Positions 1-12,523 of a stretch of 47,567 nt of DNA are shown piece by piece. The translations under genes were made by a program, and so were the position numbers. Numbering within the stretch: position 1 is the first letter of the stretch; the number at the start of each line of letters is the position of its first letter. Below the pieces are notes generated by a model that saw only the letters and a list, made by a program, of their open reading frames with translations, was not told the DNA's origin and did not search any database. Origin of the DNA: Chromera velia (Eukaryota). The stretch lies in contig JAHBMJ010000450.1 in the NCBI GenBank assembly GCA_018398765.1, positions 1 through 47,567 of the forward strand, written 5' to 3'.

Positions 1-904
1 TGCGGGGGGATGGGGCGCTCGTCGAGGGGGGGGTGCAAACGGCACCTCAGGCTCTTCTCCGAGATGGGGAAGCTCTGGTGGTGCGGGCCGAAGCAGTTCC
101 CGAGATTTCGGTGAGACGGGAGAAGGAGGGGGTCATGGGGGATCCGGGTGGGGTGGTACAGGAAGGGGGGGAGGGGGGCAAAGTTCGGACTGGGGGGCCC
201 CAACAAGCCGCGGGGGGTCTGATTGGGGGGCTCCAGGAGGTGGTGGACAGAGCTCGGATTGGGGGGCTCCAGCAGGGGGAAGCAGTGAAAAGAAGGGGGG
301 GGGGACGGGATCCGGTTGGGGTCAAATGGGGACAGGAGGGGGAGGGGGCTCTTCCTCTTCCTCGAGCTCCGCAGCTGGGAATGGGTGGGGGAAGTCCTGA
401 TTATTCTCGTTTCTTTCCCCGGCATCTTTTTTCTGTTCTTTAGACCGACGTGGGATTCAATTGACGAGAGAATGTCTGTGGCCCCCCTCCGAGTGCGTTT
501 CCCAAGAATCTGTTGCGGCAGTCTCAGCCTGCAAAAAGATCGAGGTGCTTCTTTCCTTGCATCTATACATTTTAGAGAAGCATTGGTGGTGTCCCTTCTT
601 CCGATACCCTCTTGATGCATATGCTTTGCTCTATAAACAGTCTTCTTCTGTTTTCTTTGCCCTCCATTACCCTCCATTTTTGAAATTTGAATGAAGTGAG
701 ATCAACTTTGAAGTCCGAACCTTCGAACGAGCTGTACTAGGATCTGTATTGCATGTTTGACACACATTTTGCTAGAGATTTTGACTACGTATTTATAGTT
801 TATTTAAATTTCTGTGAATCGATCCATGCAGTTCTAGATTTAGTTTAATGCGCCCAGTAATGCGCCTTAGTCTAAAACTTGGTATTATATAGTGGGAAGA
901 CATG

Positions 905-1138
905 GACCTCCTTGAATCTAAGTACCACTTGAAATTCTAAGCCGCATTTTTGGATAAGCTTGAAAGTCCGCGCCGCAGGCACAGATCATTTACGGTGTCT
1001 TGAAAGCCAAAGCTACATATCTGGACAGTGTCTTGACCATCTACACCGCAGGCGTGGACGGTCTCTTGAAAAACGATGCCGCAGATAAAGATCATCTTGA
1101 TTATATTTTTTTAAGTGGCACTTAGGTTCAGGGAGGTT
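905..1138. mobile_element. 234-bp MITE with ~30-bp terminal inverted repeats and 8-bp TSD (MULE- or hAT-like)
   Basis: Left GACCTCCTTGAATCTAAGTACCACTTGAAA matches the reverse complement of the right end, AACCTCCCTGAACCTAAGTGCCACTTAAAA. Flanks are AAGACATG (897-904) and AAGACATA (1139-1146). Internal GCCGCAG and TCTTGA repeats. Confidence 0.8.
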
Positions 1139-1680
1139 AAGACATAGAGAGCTCATAGGTGGTTAAGGTCAATACTAGATTGAACTAACTGCTTCTTCAT
1201 CAAAGTTTGTTCAAATATGTTGAAACTATATGCAATAATATTCAAAAAATTTTAATTAAACGAAAAATACTAGGTTAAATATCAAAATGAATTATTAATC
1301 AAATTAAATATTTGTATTAATCATCGATCTCAATGCACCTGAGATTAAAAAGTTTAATGTAAAGTTTTACATCGCACGACATACAAAGTTTTAGCTAGAG
1401 TTTTAGATATTCCGAGTTACGTTAACTTATGTATAATACAAAAAATGTATACAACTGCTAGAGACTGCTGATATAAAGATTAAATTATTTCGTAGTAAAT
1501 TCGTACCGCAAAGTTGTGCCACAATCTAGGCCACAATCATTAACTGGTGCTAACCACTGCTAGAACTTATTCGTTGCCGCCAAACGGTAGACCCTAGAAA
1601 TAAGATCATGACAATCACTAAGACGAATCTTAGACAATCATAAAGAGAACTCCCTTTTACCTATCCCCCCCCTTCATCGC

Positions 1681-3026
1681 TAGTGACCATGTTTGATTTA
1701 ATTTGATTTGAGGTAGGGCTTAAGTTCAAATCAAATATCCAGTTAGGGAGGACCTAGTGTTTAAAGACCTATCAAATACGATCAAATATTTGATCAATAT
1801 GACTTTCAACCTCAAATATGAAGGTCCTGAAAATTTTTTTGCAAGTACCGATCCGTCACGCATGCTGATTTAAATGAAAAAACCTAAATCTTGATGGTTT
1901 GCTCTCAAAAAAAAAACGTTTTGAGCTGTACTGAAATTGATGTTCCACCTCTTTTTACTTTATGCAGAGGTAAACCGATCAGCTGAATGTTTTCCCGAAC
2001 AGCTGTGTTGACTTTTCTGGTGCTGGAACATCTTTTACGGCCCCCTTTTTAAGCGTCTGCAGAGACTTCTGCTTCCAACACTGAAGAACGAGATTATTCT
2101 GTCAATCAAAGATAGGTTGAGAAAAGCAGCGACCCAACGAGTGTCGATCACCCTCGACATGTGTGTGATTGCAGCATGCCCCTGACCCCGAGCGTCGAAA
2201 GGCTGCGACCACATTCCCTGTCGGTGTAGAGCAGTTCTAGAAAGGCAAGGGAAAAGGTAACGGGGGGGCTGCTGACAGTGCTGGAGGGGGGGCCGCTCCT
2301 GCAAGGCCCAGTGGGAGGACTAATTTGAAACCAAAGGAGGCGGCCGCAGACGCAAATGCTGAGAAGGCTGGGGGGAAACTTCCCCCTCCTGAGAAAGTCA
2401 TCACTCCGGGTGAGGAAGGCTACCGACCTCTCTATATTCACCTCCAATACAAGGGGCTTGTTGTCGGCCCTGGCACGGCATAGAGGGTAGCCGAACTTAC
2501 CAACTCTGGATGCTTAGCTGCCCAGAAATAGGACGGTTCCAACACCAACAGCAATAGCAAACGTGTGCGCGGTTCTCCGTCTCACCCCGTTGTCATCTCT
2601 CCGCAACCGAATAGAAGCCCAGGAGCACCCACTCCTGGAAAGCCGAAAAGCTAGAGAAAAAGCTCTCAGCAGCTCCCACCACCGATCGATTCGATTCATA
2701 TTGAAGAAAGTGATCATAAAGAAGAGGAAAAGGAAGTGCCATAAAGCTGAGTGATTGTCACCTCAATTTTGGTACGTGCTCTAACTTTATCGTATCAACA
2801 AAAAGTCATATGCAATTTCAAATCTATCAATTTTACGTTCTTAATCTCTATTAGTACTAGAGTGAGTCTCAGTGACTAGTGTATATACACTGCCACACAG
2901 GCATATTTTTTTTATGGAACTGATAAGTTATAATTATATATATATTTTCTTAAATTTTTGAAACACACATCAGAAATGTTCTGATAACTATTGTCATGAG
3001 AAAAATCAAATCAAACATGGTCACTA
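1681..3026. mobile_element. Non-autonomous hAT-type DNA transposon (1346 bp) with internal cargo
   Basis: TIR TAGTGACCATGTTTGATTT at both ends. Perfect 8-bp TSD TTCATCGC (1673-1680, 3027-3034). Subterminal TCAAAT/ATTTGA repeats. No transposase ORF. Confidence 0.9.
2035..2717 (-). pseudogene. Possible degenerate APE-endonuclease fragment of a LINE, inside the hAT element
   Basis: Broken frames give ITFFNMN..., AFQE, FAIAV, ICVCG and THMSRVID in the order of APE motifs (WNV, QE, GVAI, GDFN, SRID). Similarity is weak and interrupted by stops and frameshifts. Confidence 0.3.
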
Positions 3027-3034
3027 TTCATCGC

Positions 3035-6000
3035 TCCGTCAGATCCACTCCTGTCTCAGACGAGGAGCTTCTCCCCTTGGCTGCAGCAGCTGGTCAATTG
3101 GCTGAACAGCTATGGCCTGGACTTGTGAAAATGGCTTGCGAAGCTGAAAACTGAAAACATTAATCTCTCTTCTTTTCTATCTGCTCCCTCCCTCCCCACT
3201 GTCTGCTCCCAACTCATGTGAACAACCGGTGCCCTTGTCTTTCTGTGAACAGAAAAAGTTACTGCTGAAGGAATGCGAAACCACGTTGGCCAGCCCAACA
3301 AAAGAAATCAAGCGGAAGGATTTGGATGGTCAACAGGGCAGGAAAAAAGTGAGACAAAAGAAAAAGGCCGAATGGTTTGATAATGAATGCAAGGAAGCAG
3401 CGACACTTTGGAGGGAAGCAAGGAAGGCGTTGAACAAACTTGTGCAATCATATGAGAATGAGGGGAGAAGTGGGAGCAGCAGAGCGAACGTGGTTGCTTT
3501 AAGACAGACAGTTGAGAGGCAGGCCTGCAGATGTCAGCGATTGCACAACAGGAAAAGAAAGGCGTACGAAAAGCTCTGTGCAGAAAAGGTTGCACGTGAG
3601 TTGTCCTCTAACCCTTCAAAAGTCTGGTCATTGAGAAGAAAGCTGCAAAGAAGCAATAGAGAGAAAGCCCTTCCTGGTTCCCAGCCTTCAGTAAAAGACT
3701 TTTCCTGTCACTGGGCTTCCATGCATCTTCGCTGACTCTCCCTCTGGTAGAGAATCTGCACAAGAAAGTGCTCCCCCTTTCCCTCCTTTGCAGCTAGCCC
3801 CACCCGTTTTTAACTCTTCTTTGCACCCTGGCGTTTTTTTGTGACTGCATACCCACTCTCATCAGGTTCCCTCTTGCATTCACTCTCCCCCTTTGCCCCC
3901 ACCAATCCCTCCGTCTCACCCTTATTTTTGTATAGAAGAAATAAGGAAAGTCCTCCGGTCCACAAAGGAAGAAAAGGCTGCAGGGTTGTCCAGACTCGCC
4001 CCCAACCACCTCTCCCTCTGCTTTCAATATTCACCTCTTTCTCGTGCTTTGTTATTTATCCATTTAAACTTAATTCACTTGACATCTGCTTGGCGAGATG
4101 AATGGAATGTAATTAAATTCTGTCCGGTTCGAAAGGGGCCTCCTTCCCCCGACCCTGGTGAATGACGTCCGATTCATGTTGTCTCACTCTTACCAAAACT
4201 CTTTTCTTCACTCCTCTCTGCCTGTCTTACATCGCAAGTGAAGATTGACCATAGGCAGTTGAGTTTTCAGCAAGGGGTAGGAACAAGAGAAGCCATTGGA
4301 GCACTTACTACGCTGATGCAAAAGGCAAAGAAACAAAAGAAGCCCTTGTTAGCATACTTTGTAGACTTTAACAAAGCCTTTGACTCCCTGCCCAGGGATG
4401 TTTTGTTTAAAGTTTTGCTAAAGTAAGGGGTGAGTGCAATCGATGTCAAAATGATTTGGGCAATGTATACAAATATGTATGGAAGCATCACTGGTAGCCC
4501 TTTTATGTTCAAGGAAGAGAAAGGGGTGAAACAAGCGGATCTTCTCTCCCCTCTTCTCTTCTTAATTTTCATCAATGATCTGCATGAAAGAGTGAAGGCT
4601 TCCGGTCGTGCAGAGGTTCTGCTCAGTGGGGTTAAGTGCGATAGCCTTGGTTATGCTGATGACCTTGTCCTCATTGCTGAGAGTGTGCATGACCTGCAGG
4701 TCAGCTTAAATGAATTGAATTCTTTCTGTGAAGAGAGGGGGCTCACTGTTAATTTAAAAAAGACGAAAATCATACGTCTATCCGACTCTTACCCTACAAT
4801 TGAAAGCAGGCTTATGTTTGGGGGAAAAGAAGTCGAGAGAGTGGGGTCGTATAAGTATTTGGGTGTTCTTTTATTCGGGAGACTTATTAAGGGAGGTAAT
4901 AGAAGAGAGGCTTAGCATAGCGAGTAGACAGATGGGTCATACAAAGAGCGTAGCACTCTTTTTAGGTCGCCTGCCCCCCGCAGCAAAAATTTTGTGTTTA
5001 TGTGCTTTCTGATTGCCTGTTGCTCTATACGCGTTTGACTGTCTGCCTGTTCGCAAGTCAGATATGGATGCATTAGATATCCTTCAATTGCGCTTTGTCT
5101 GTTGGGCTTTGAATCTGTCTCTCTCTTCTTTCCATGTACCTACTTTGTATGCTGTCGGTCTACTTCCTACACGTATGCATATGTCGATGAGACTTGCTGG
5201 GTATTTGACTAACTTAAAACATATTGACCTCAAGATGCCCGCGGGTGCCTGGTTGGCTTTAATGAATGGTGATTGTCCTTCCTCTATGATGCATACACAA
5301 AAATTGATTGGGTCGACCAGATTGGAAGAATTTGTGACTGTCAATCTAACCATCAGAAGAAGAAAGAAAGCCACCAAGGTTGGCCGTCTCCTTCTCTTAA
5401 GAGCAGTGATCAACCGGGAAGTTGATGAATGGATTGATGGTTGTCTAGAAAGGGCCGCTTCACGGGGGGCGGTTTTGCAGTTTGGCAGAGGCGTCAGACC
5501 GAATGTGTTCCAAACGTCTTATCCTACTGCCCAACGTTCGTCTCTCCTCTTCCTTTCCTCTACTTTTCCTTCATCCCCTTCGTCCCCCCGTTTTGTTTCC
5601 CTCCCTCGCGCTGCGATCTGGTCCTCAGGCCTTTTTTCAGCCTTGCTGTATATGTTGCTTGGTGGTCGCCCCCATGCATCGTACAGAGGGCTGGAAGACG
5701 CGGTTTGCTCTGCATGCAGGGGCAAAGCAGACGATCTACTGCACCGACTGACTGAATGCACAGAAACAAGAGCAGATCGAGAGGCTCTGAATGCAATTGT
5801 AACCGAAATTGAAGCCAAATTAGACAGAGCCCCAAAAAGAGAGAGAAAGTGGTTACTATCAAAAGACTCCACCTCTCTAAAACACGCCACGCAAAGCGAA
5901 TTGTTGGCACGAATGAAGGTCACCCTGGCACTTAGACACTCACCCATACCGGCCCTGCGACTCTTGCAAAACATCTGTCTGCGCCCTCCATCGTAAGGCC

Positions 6001-6280
6001 TGCGATTCGATGCATGTGATGGTTACTTACCTCTCTTCCCGTCTCACCTTTTGAATGTTCTTTTTCCATCTCTCACGTACATCTCCCGTCCCCCCTCTCC
6101 ACCGGTCTTCCTGTCTGCCTCTACTGCCTGAGAGTCTCTGTTGCAGTTGTCGCACTCCTCCCACAGAAGGGAAACGACATCAGTAATTTAGAAAGCATCT
6201 TCTAGATGCAGGGTGTTTAGAGTTGCGAGAATGAAGCCCCCTCCCGTTATATGATGTAGGTCTGGCAAAGGGGCAATAAA
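3035..6280 (+). mobile_element. Decayed non-LTR retrotransposon (LINE) ORF2: linker, reverse transcriptase and C-terminal CCHC
   Basis: Motifs in order: EWFDNEC, EEIRKVLRSTKEEKAAG, RPI, QLSFQQGVGT, FVDFNKAFDS, GVKQADLLSPLLF, GYADD, LTVNLKKTK, YKYLGV, then CSAC...HRLTEC. Multiple stops and frameshifts. AATAAA near 6275. The 5' part probably continues left of the hAT insertion (~1650-1680). Confidence 0.93.
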
Positions 6281-7154
6281 GCATTGTCCTAGACTCATGC
6301 ACTGCATGATGGCCTATAGACCGATTAATATATGATAATGTCAATCATGATGATGACTCGGAGGATGATGAATCATCTATATTGGCATCTCTAGCTAAAT
6401 CAGACTAGGTCCATCATTCTAGCATCATATAGATGAATAGATCCTTTAATCCTTATATAGGCTATGATCTATTTACAACTAAATTTAAAGAGTATCACTC
6501 GGAGCTACACTGCAAAGATGAATAATGATCTACATCATATTCAATCTTATAAGTTAGTGGCTTCATGCGTATGCAGACATATTAAAACCTAGATTAAAAC
6601 GTATTCAGTGCTAGACTCGGATTCAGTGTTGCAAAACAACTGCAGGACACCAGAGCAATACACGTAGCCCAGTTGAACCAATGAGAAAACGCGATGCACC
6701 CGCCAGTGCTGCCATACAAGTCCTTACATTCGATGAAAGCACACCACTGAGGGAACCTCCAAACTACTCATGCATGCAACCGACGTTCCTTTCCGAAGAA
6801 CGATCCATGCCAGGAGCACAACTTTCGCACACTGTGTCCAAGTGCATCGGAAACCCTCAACAAACCGCATACAGTACAGGTACAACAGAATGCGCAGCAA
6901 GGTCATCATGCCAACATGACCGCCCCCAGAACCATTTGATACAATATGAAAGGAAAAAAAGAAGAACGCGTGAGCCCAGAGACAAAGCCAATTCGGCAAG
7001 AAATGCATGCATGGAGACAAGTTCAAAGAAAGAAAAGGAGGACCCCACCGACGCAATTAACGGAGCATGCCGATCGTGTGCACAGAGCTAAAAGACCCAC
7101 AACATGTAAAAGAATTCATTCAGGAAAAAAGAGACATAGCTCTAAAGCTTCGTT

Positions 7155-7285
7155 GTTCTTTCTTTCTTTCTTTCTTTTTTTCTTTCTTTCTTTTTTTCTT
7201 TCGTTCTTTCTTTCTTTCTTTCGTTCGTTCGTTCTGTCTTTCTTTCTTTCTTTCCTTCTTTCTTTCTTTCTTTCTTTCTTTCGTT
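7155..7285. repeat. (TTTC)n microsatellite
   Basis: Direct reading. Confidence 0.9.
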
Positions 7286-7396
7286 TGTTGTGTCAGCCAG
7301 TGGCAACTTAAAACCACGGCACGAAGGGACTGTCGTAACCTGCCGCAATCGTGGGGAGGGAATATCCACAGGTGGAGCCGGGTTACTGCATCTCCT

Positions 7397-10300
7397 TTAG
7401 ACCCTCGCGTGTCCGACATTTCCCTGCGGACCCCTCTTCTCTGGGTGGATGGAGACGTACTTGCGGATCTGGAAGTGCAGCTCTCGAGACCTAGACTCGT
7501 ACACCACCCGGAGGACCCATCCCAGCAAAAGGATCGTCAGCATGAAGTAAAGAAGCCAGCTCAGCCACCAAGGAGGAGTGCGAGTTGTGTAACAGGTCCC
7601 ATGCCCGAAGAAGTGGTTGATCTGCATCCAGTCGCATACACGGTGTACGCTCGGTGTGCAATAAAATTACGCTAGGCCTGCGGCACTGCGGGACAACCAC
7701 GTCTCTATACTCCTCAGCAATCAGAGGCACTCATCTTTGCAATGTCCGCATGCCGCTCGAAGTCCACTCCTGTACTTTCCACACGTCCTTTCCTTGCCGT
7801 CCTGCTTCCCCAACGCCATGGAAGTCGATTCCAAAAAATTGTGAGACTGGTTTCTCTTCCTCGTGTACTTCCTCTGTCTGTGACTCCTCTGACGGCCACG
7901 ACGGACTGCTCTAATGCCAAAAATCGGTTTCCATTCGCATGTCCATTATCTTTTGAAAGGATGAAATTCGAACGAACTCTCCGGCTTATTTTCTTTCATT
8001 CTTGGAATCGATGAATCTGGACGCGAATTCTGAAGCGAGAAAATGAAGATGCATGAAGGGCGCCCTCCTTCCGTGAACACGACAGAGAGACACGCACCAG
8101 GGAGCCCAAGGCGGGGACCGACGAGTGAGCGGATGCATGAAATGACTGGCAAAGTGAGATGACAGCGGATAGATGAATGGCGAAGTGAAAGACCAACTTG
8201 CGGATTGACTGACAGACAGTTACACCACTTGACTGTCTGCACTGCTGCTGCGTATGTATTTAAGTTTGTCTGTATGTATTTGTGACTGGCTGACGGGCTG
8301 ACTGGCTGGCTGACTGACTGACTGATTGATTGACTGACTGACTGACTGACTGACTGCTTGCCTGCCTGCCTGCCTGACCGACTGACTGACTGACTGACTG
8401 ACTGGCGGACGGACGGACGGACGGACTGACTGCCTGACTGACTGACTGACTCACCTTGAAGGTCTGGCTGAAGTCCAGGTAGATGTCCCTCCACCTGTTG
8501 TCGTTCCTGATCGACGCCTCACAGTCTCTCACATGGGCCTCTGTCTCCGCGTCCATGCACTGCCAAGTCTTCTGCAGTTTCACCTGCAAGAACAAATTCA
8601 TTCTCTTTCTCTTTTTCTCCCAGAGACTGTTTATTTCTGCATGCCGTCCATGCACGTCTGTCTGTCTGTTTTCTTTCTACACGCCTAGTCCCCTTCGCAT
8701 GCCCCTCTACACCTCTCCATCCATCCATGGTATCTCTAAGATCAACATGTAGGCATGACATGGTGTCGTCGCAATGATTTGTACTTTCTTCCTTTCAATT
8801 TCACGTGCGACAGGGAATCAAAGCAAACCAGCAGTACGCAAGCAGATGGACGGAATGGCGGGCACATGCGTAGGCTGGCAGGAAGGCAGACAGTCTCTTA
8901 GGCTTGCGTTGGGAATATGTAATAGCAGGCGGGCAGTAGGCAGTTTGGGACAAAGTCGAGACAACAGGCGGGATCCAGTTTTTGCTTCCTTTCTGAATTT
9001 TGCTGTTCGAGCCTCCCTTTTGTTCTTGTGAATAAAACATGGCTGCCTCTATCGACACCCTTTTTCTGGTGACTCGGCTACAAAAACAGACGCAGAGATC
9101 GTTGAACTCGGTCATGGTCGCTCAGTAAGTCAGTCAGTCAGTCAGTCAGTCGGTCGGTCGGTCGGTTGGTCGGTAAGTCAGTCAGTCAGTAACAGAGCCA
9201 CTCATGCACTCACAGACTTATCCACTCACTCACTCACGTGGGCGATTTGCTGAGCGCTGAGATGGGTGAAGGAGTCGGACTCGTCATACCATGACGCAAA
9301 GGGCACGGCTCGCGTCTCACGGTGCGTTACCTGCACACATGCATACGTTGACATTCATCCTTCCGTCCGTCGGTCCGTCTGTACATAAAATGGATGGATT
9401 CATTCCAACACTCTATCTGGCGCTACAGGGGTCGAACACACAAGGGAAATGGGACATTCAAATCAACAATCATGCAGACGGAGAATGAAAGGAAAATCAG
9501 GACGCGCGAAAGATCCCTCTCTCCCCACCTCCCTCTCTCCCTCCCTGCAGGGCTGCCGATGGACCCTCAGTCCTTTTTTTCATTCACTCACGTGACCCTG
9601 CGCTTCTCAGGTGCATCCCTCCTTTTTCCCTCTCCTCCGTCATTCCTTCACGTCATTTGTTCACTACGAAATAACCAAAATCATAGAAAGGAGGAGAGAG
9701 ACTGACAGAAAGACATGCACTGCGAGCGAGACGGACAGAAAGACAATCACACAACTGTTCATTCCATTGGTTGTCTTTTTTATTTGAAAGACAATCCCAC
9801 CGGCAGACATCGGCAGACCAGATAGCAAATCGATGCAGGAAGGAAGGAAGGAAGGAAAAAGGAAAAATTGAGGGAGTGAGTGAGGGAAGGAGGAAGTGAC
9901 CACACGTTCGGTTCTGGATCTCGTGACGGTCCGCGTATTTCCCCGACTGTCGGTTTCCGTTTCTGTCCAGGTGTACGTTTCCCTGCACGCATCGAAAAGA
10001 TCTCCCTCAACTCGGCAGACAGACACTGCGGTCGATCCAGATCTTCTCAATATGTCTTGTCCATCCAAGCAGTTCTCGCTGTTGTACAGAATAGACTGAG
10101 TGATCCAAACACCGGCCTCTCGCTCGTATTCGTCTAACTTTTCTACAGCGCGGGTCGTCGACCCTTTTCTTTCATTTTTTCTTTCTTCGCTGGCGGACGC
10201 ACTAACCAGTACGCAGACTTTTCTTCTGTAATTTCGAGAGAAGAGCTGTTGAGATGTCATGTCTATGCAGATCATGAGAACAAACACAATGATCGACGGA

Positions 10301-10957
10301 CCAGTGCCAACACTCGACGTGATTCTCAATCGAAGGAGACGTCAGTCTGATGTTATTCAGTCTCCGTGCCATCTCTTTCGCAGGCGACAGATTCTTCAGA
10401 GCCTCGCCCACGCGGCTGTACGCAAAAGCCTCAACCAGGTAGAGGATGTAGAGAACCACAGCAATCCCGAGTACCACAAACTCCAAGACGTCCAGGAATC
10501 CGTCCGCCAGAGCGAAACGGAAGAAAAAGAATCCCAGACCCCCCCAAATCAAAGTAGACAACAAAAGATTGACATAGTGAAAATGGTTCGGCCGATGCCA
10601 CTTAGGTTGCCGCAAGTCATCTTCGTCCACAAAACCCAAAAGCGCCTGGGGATTCTCTATGGGTCTGGTAAAGGCTTGCTGAGCCTGCAGCTGGACTGGA
10701 GACGGGTTGCCGTAATCAGCGCTCGCAGCATAAGCGGGATTGATCCCTGCTTGCGCGGCCACGGGAGCTGAGGGGGGCTGCACGAACACATATTCATCAG
10801 GAAGGTCTTCTTTGTCATCGACCACCACTCCCGGGTCGGTGAGAAACTCTCCTGTGTCCCCCCTGAGGAGTGTGGACTTTCGCACCCAGCCTCCTGGGGG
10901 GGCGGAGGGCGGTGCTGATACTCCGGAGGGGGCTGTTGAGGATTCCGCAGGCGCCAT
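7397..10957 (-). CDS. TMEM151-family multi-pass membrane protein; 5 exons (10957-10302, 9982-9901, 9330-9238, 8583-8455, 7621-7397)
   Basis: Frame-consistent GT-AG joins. Two N-terminal TM helices ending YLVEAF, then PSIENHVECWHWE, RTERVVTHRETRAVPFASWYDES, VKLQKTW...NRWRDIYLDF, and PPWWLSWLLYFMLTILLLGWVLR...IRKYV. These match TMEM151 family blocks. Confidence 0.82.
8282..8454 (-). repeat. (GTCA)n/(GGCA)n/(GTCC)n compound microsatellite starting at an intron donor
   Basis: Minus strand reads AAG|GTGAGTCAGTCAGTCAG... Confidence 0.9.
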
Positions 10958-11296
10958 GTGGCCGTCTCCTCTCGTTCTCAGGCTGAATCAGGTGGCACTG
11001 AGCGAAAGGCCGGGAGGGAAGATTGATTCCGTTACACTGAGAGGTGCAATTATTGATACATGCAACTATATTAATATATTAATATAAGCCGCTCATGCAG
11101 CAAGCGACAGCAGATGACAGCTGATGACAGGAGATGGCAGAAGTTGAAAGGGCGGTGGAGACGCGACTCGCGACAAGCCGAGTCCGCTGGCCGACAGCTG
11201 GCCCCCGACCGAATGCATGTGCACGTGCCCAAGCTCGCCGGATTATATATATACGAGCCTGGCCTGTCAAAAAAAGGAGCCGGTGGAGACTGCCAG

Positions 11297-11405
11297 GCTC
11301 ATCAAATATCCCTGGCCCGTTAAACAATAGCCCGGCCCGTCAAATATCTGTGGCCCGTCAAATATTCCTGGCCCGTCAAACATTTATGGCCCATCAAATA
11401 TCCCC
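11297..11405. repeat. ~18-bp tandem repeat (TGGCCCGTCAAATAT...) x5-6 upstream of the TMEM151-like gene
   Basis: GGCCC cores at 11313, 11334, 11352, 11370 and 11388. Confidence 0.85.
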
Positions 11406-12523
11406 AGCCGGATAATTTGAATTCCAAGGCACTCACCCTTTTCGCGGGCGCAGGTCATATGGCGCCGCGCGCAAGGCACTCACCCGTAGCGTTTGGTTAA
11501 TTTTTCGCTTGCGGGACCATTTTTGGCGGTAGCTTTCCGGGGCCCCCGCGCCCCCCCGCGCGCCCCCGCGCCCCCCACGCGTGTATCTAAAAAAAGGCAT
11601 GCAGGCGCGTGTGGCTAAAAAAAAAAGGCTCGCCGTATTAAGTATAGTAGATAGAGAGGGCCGTGCCCCGGCATGAAAGGTTTTGGGAAACAATTAATCC
11701 TCAATCAACCCCCCGGCCCCCCCCTCCGCGCACGTGCATGCAGGAACCAAGACGAGACATGCAAGACGAAACGTAACGAAACGAGGAAGGTCAGCACAGA
11801 AGGGCAAGATATCCAAATCTCCGAACGTTTATAACTTTCTTTAAACACGGAAAAACTTCAAACAACGCCTCGGAACGTAATCAGTACGTTTAGTTTGAGT
11901 GACAACATTAGATAAAACCTCCTAGTAACTTGTAGATACTCGTAGATCAATAATCATTTATAACATTGGTGCTCCAAATAGCAGGTTTAGAGTTCCAAAC
12001 AGATTTTAGAGATCTTTACACAACTTTAAACCATGTCTATCATATGGGTATGCAGTTTGATTCTTGCATTTTTTATTTTCAGACATTTTTTCAATCTCTC
12101 ATTTAGTATTAAATCGAATATGATCAAATTTTACTCTTATTCAATCCACAATCTCTTTTTAGAATTAGAAAATCAACAATGCATAGACTGCCAGGACTTA
12201 GACTCTACCGGCTGGGTTAATTCAATCAATCAATTAATTCACTATCATCATTCTCATAAAAAATAACATTCTAGATCAAATCTAGACCTACACATATCTA
12301 AAAGCAAAAAAATTAAAGCTTAAAGAGAAGTCAGAGAACAAAAGATTTAACAGATAAATTAACTTTTAACCCATGTTTCAGGATTATTTATGTTACTCTG
12401 CAAACCACATAATTGTTTATTTGCATATTTATATAATTGTATGAAGTCTGATACAAACGGAGAATGTTCGTATGCACAGAGCTGTCCCTTTATTCAATAG
12501 CGACTCTTTGAAGAGCACTTCGA

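Noticed and set aside
3229..5996. Stop-codon reassignment or programmed readthrough in the LINE and gag
   Set aside because: Stops are of mixed types and come with frameshifts, while host genes use standard stops. Simple decay explains them.
6946..7419. F/S-rich and K/E/R-rich ORFs
   Set aside because: Artefacts of the (TTTC)n microsatellite.
7946..8494. SQSV-repeat ORF
   Set aside because: Read-through of an intronic (GTCA)n tract.
11297..11405. Mini CRISPR or iteron array
   Set aside because: Variable parts are only 4-7 nt, so this is an ordinary tandem repeat.
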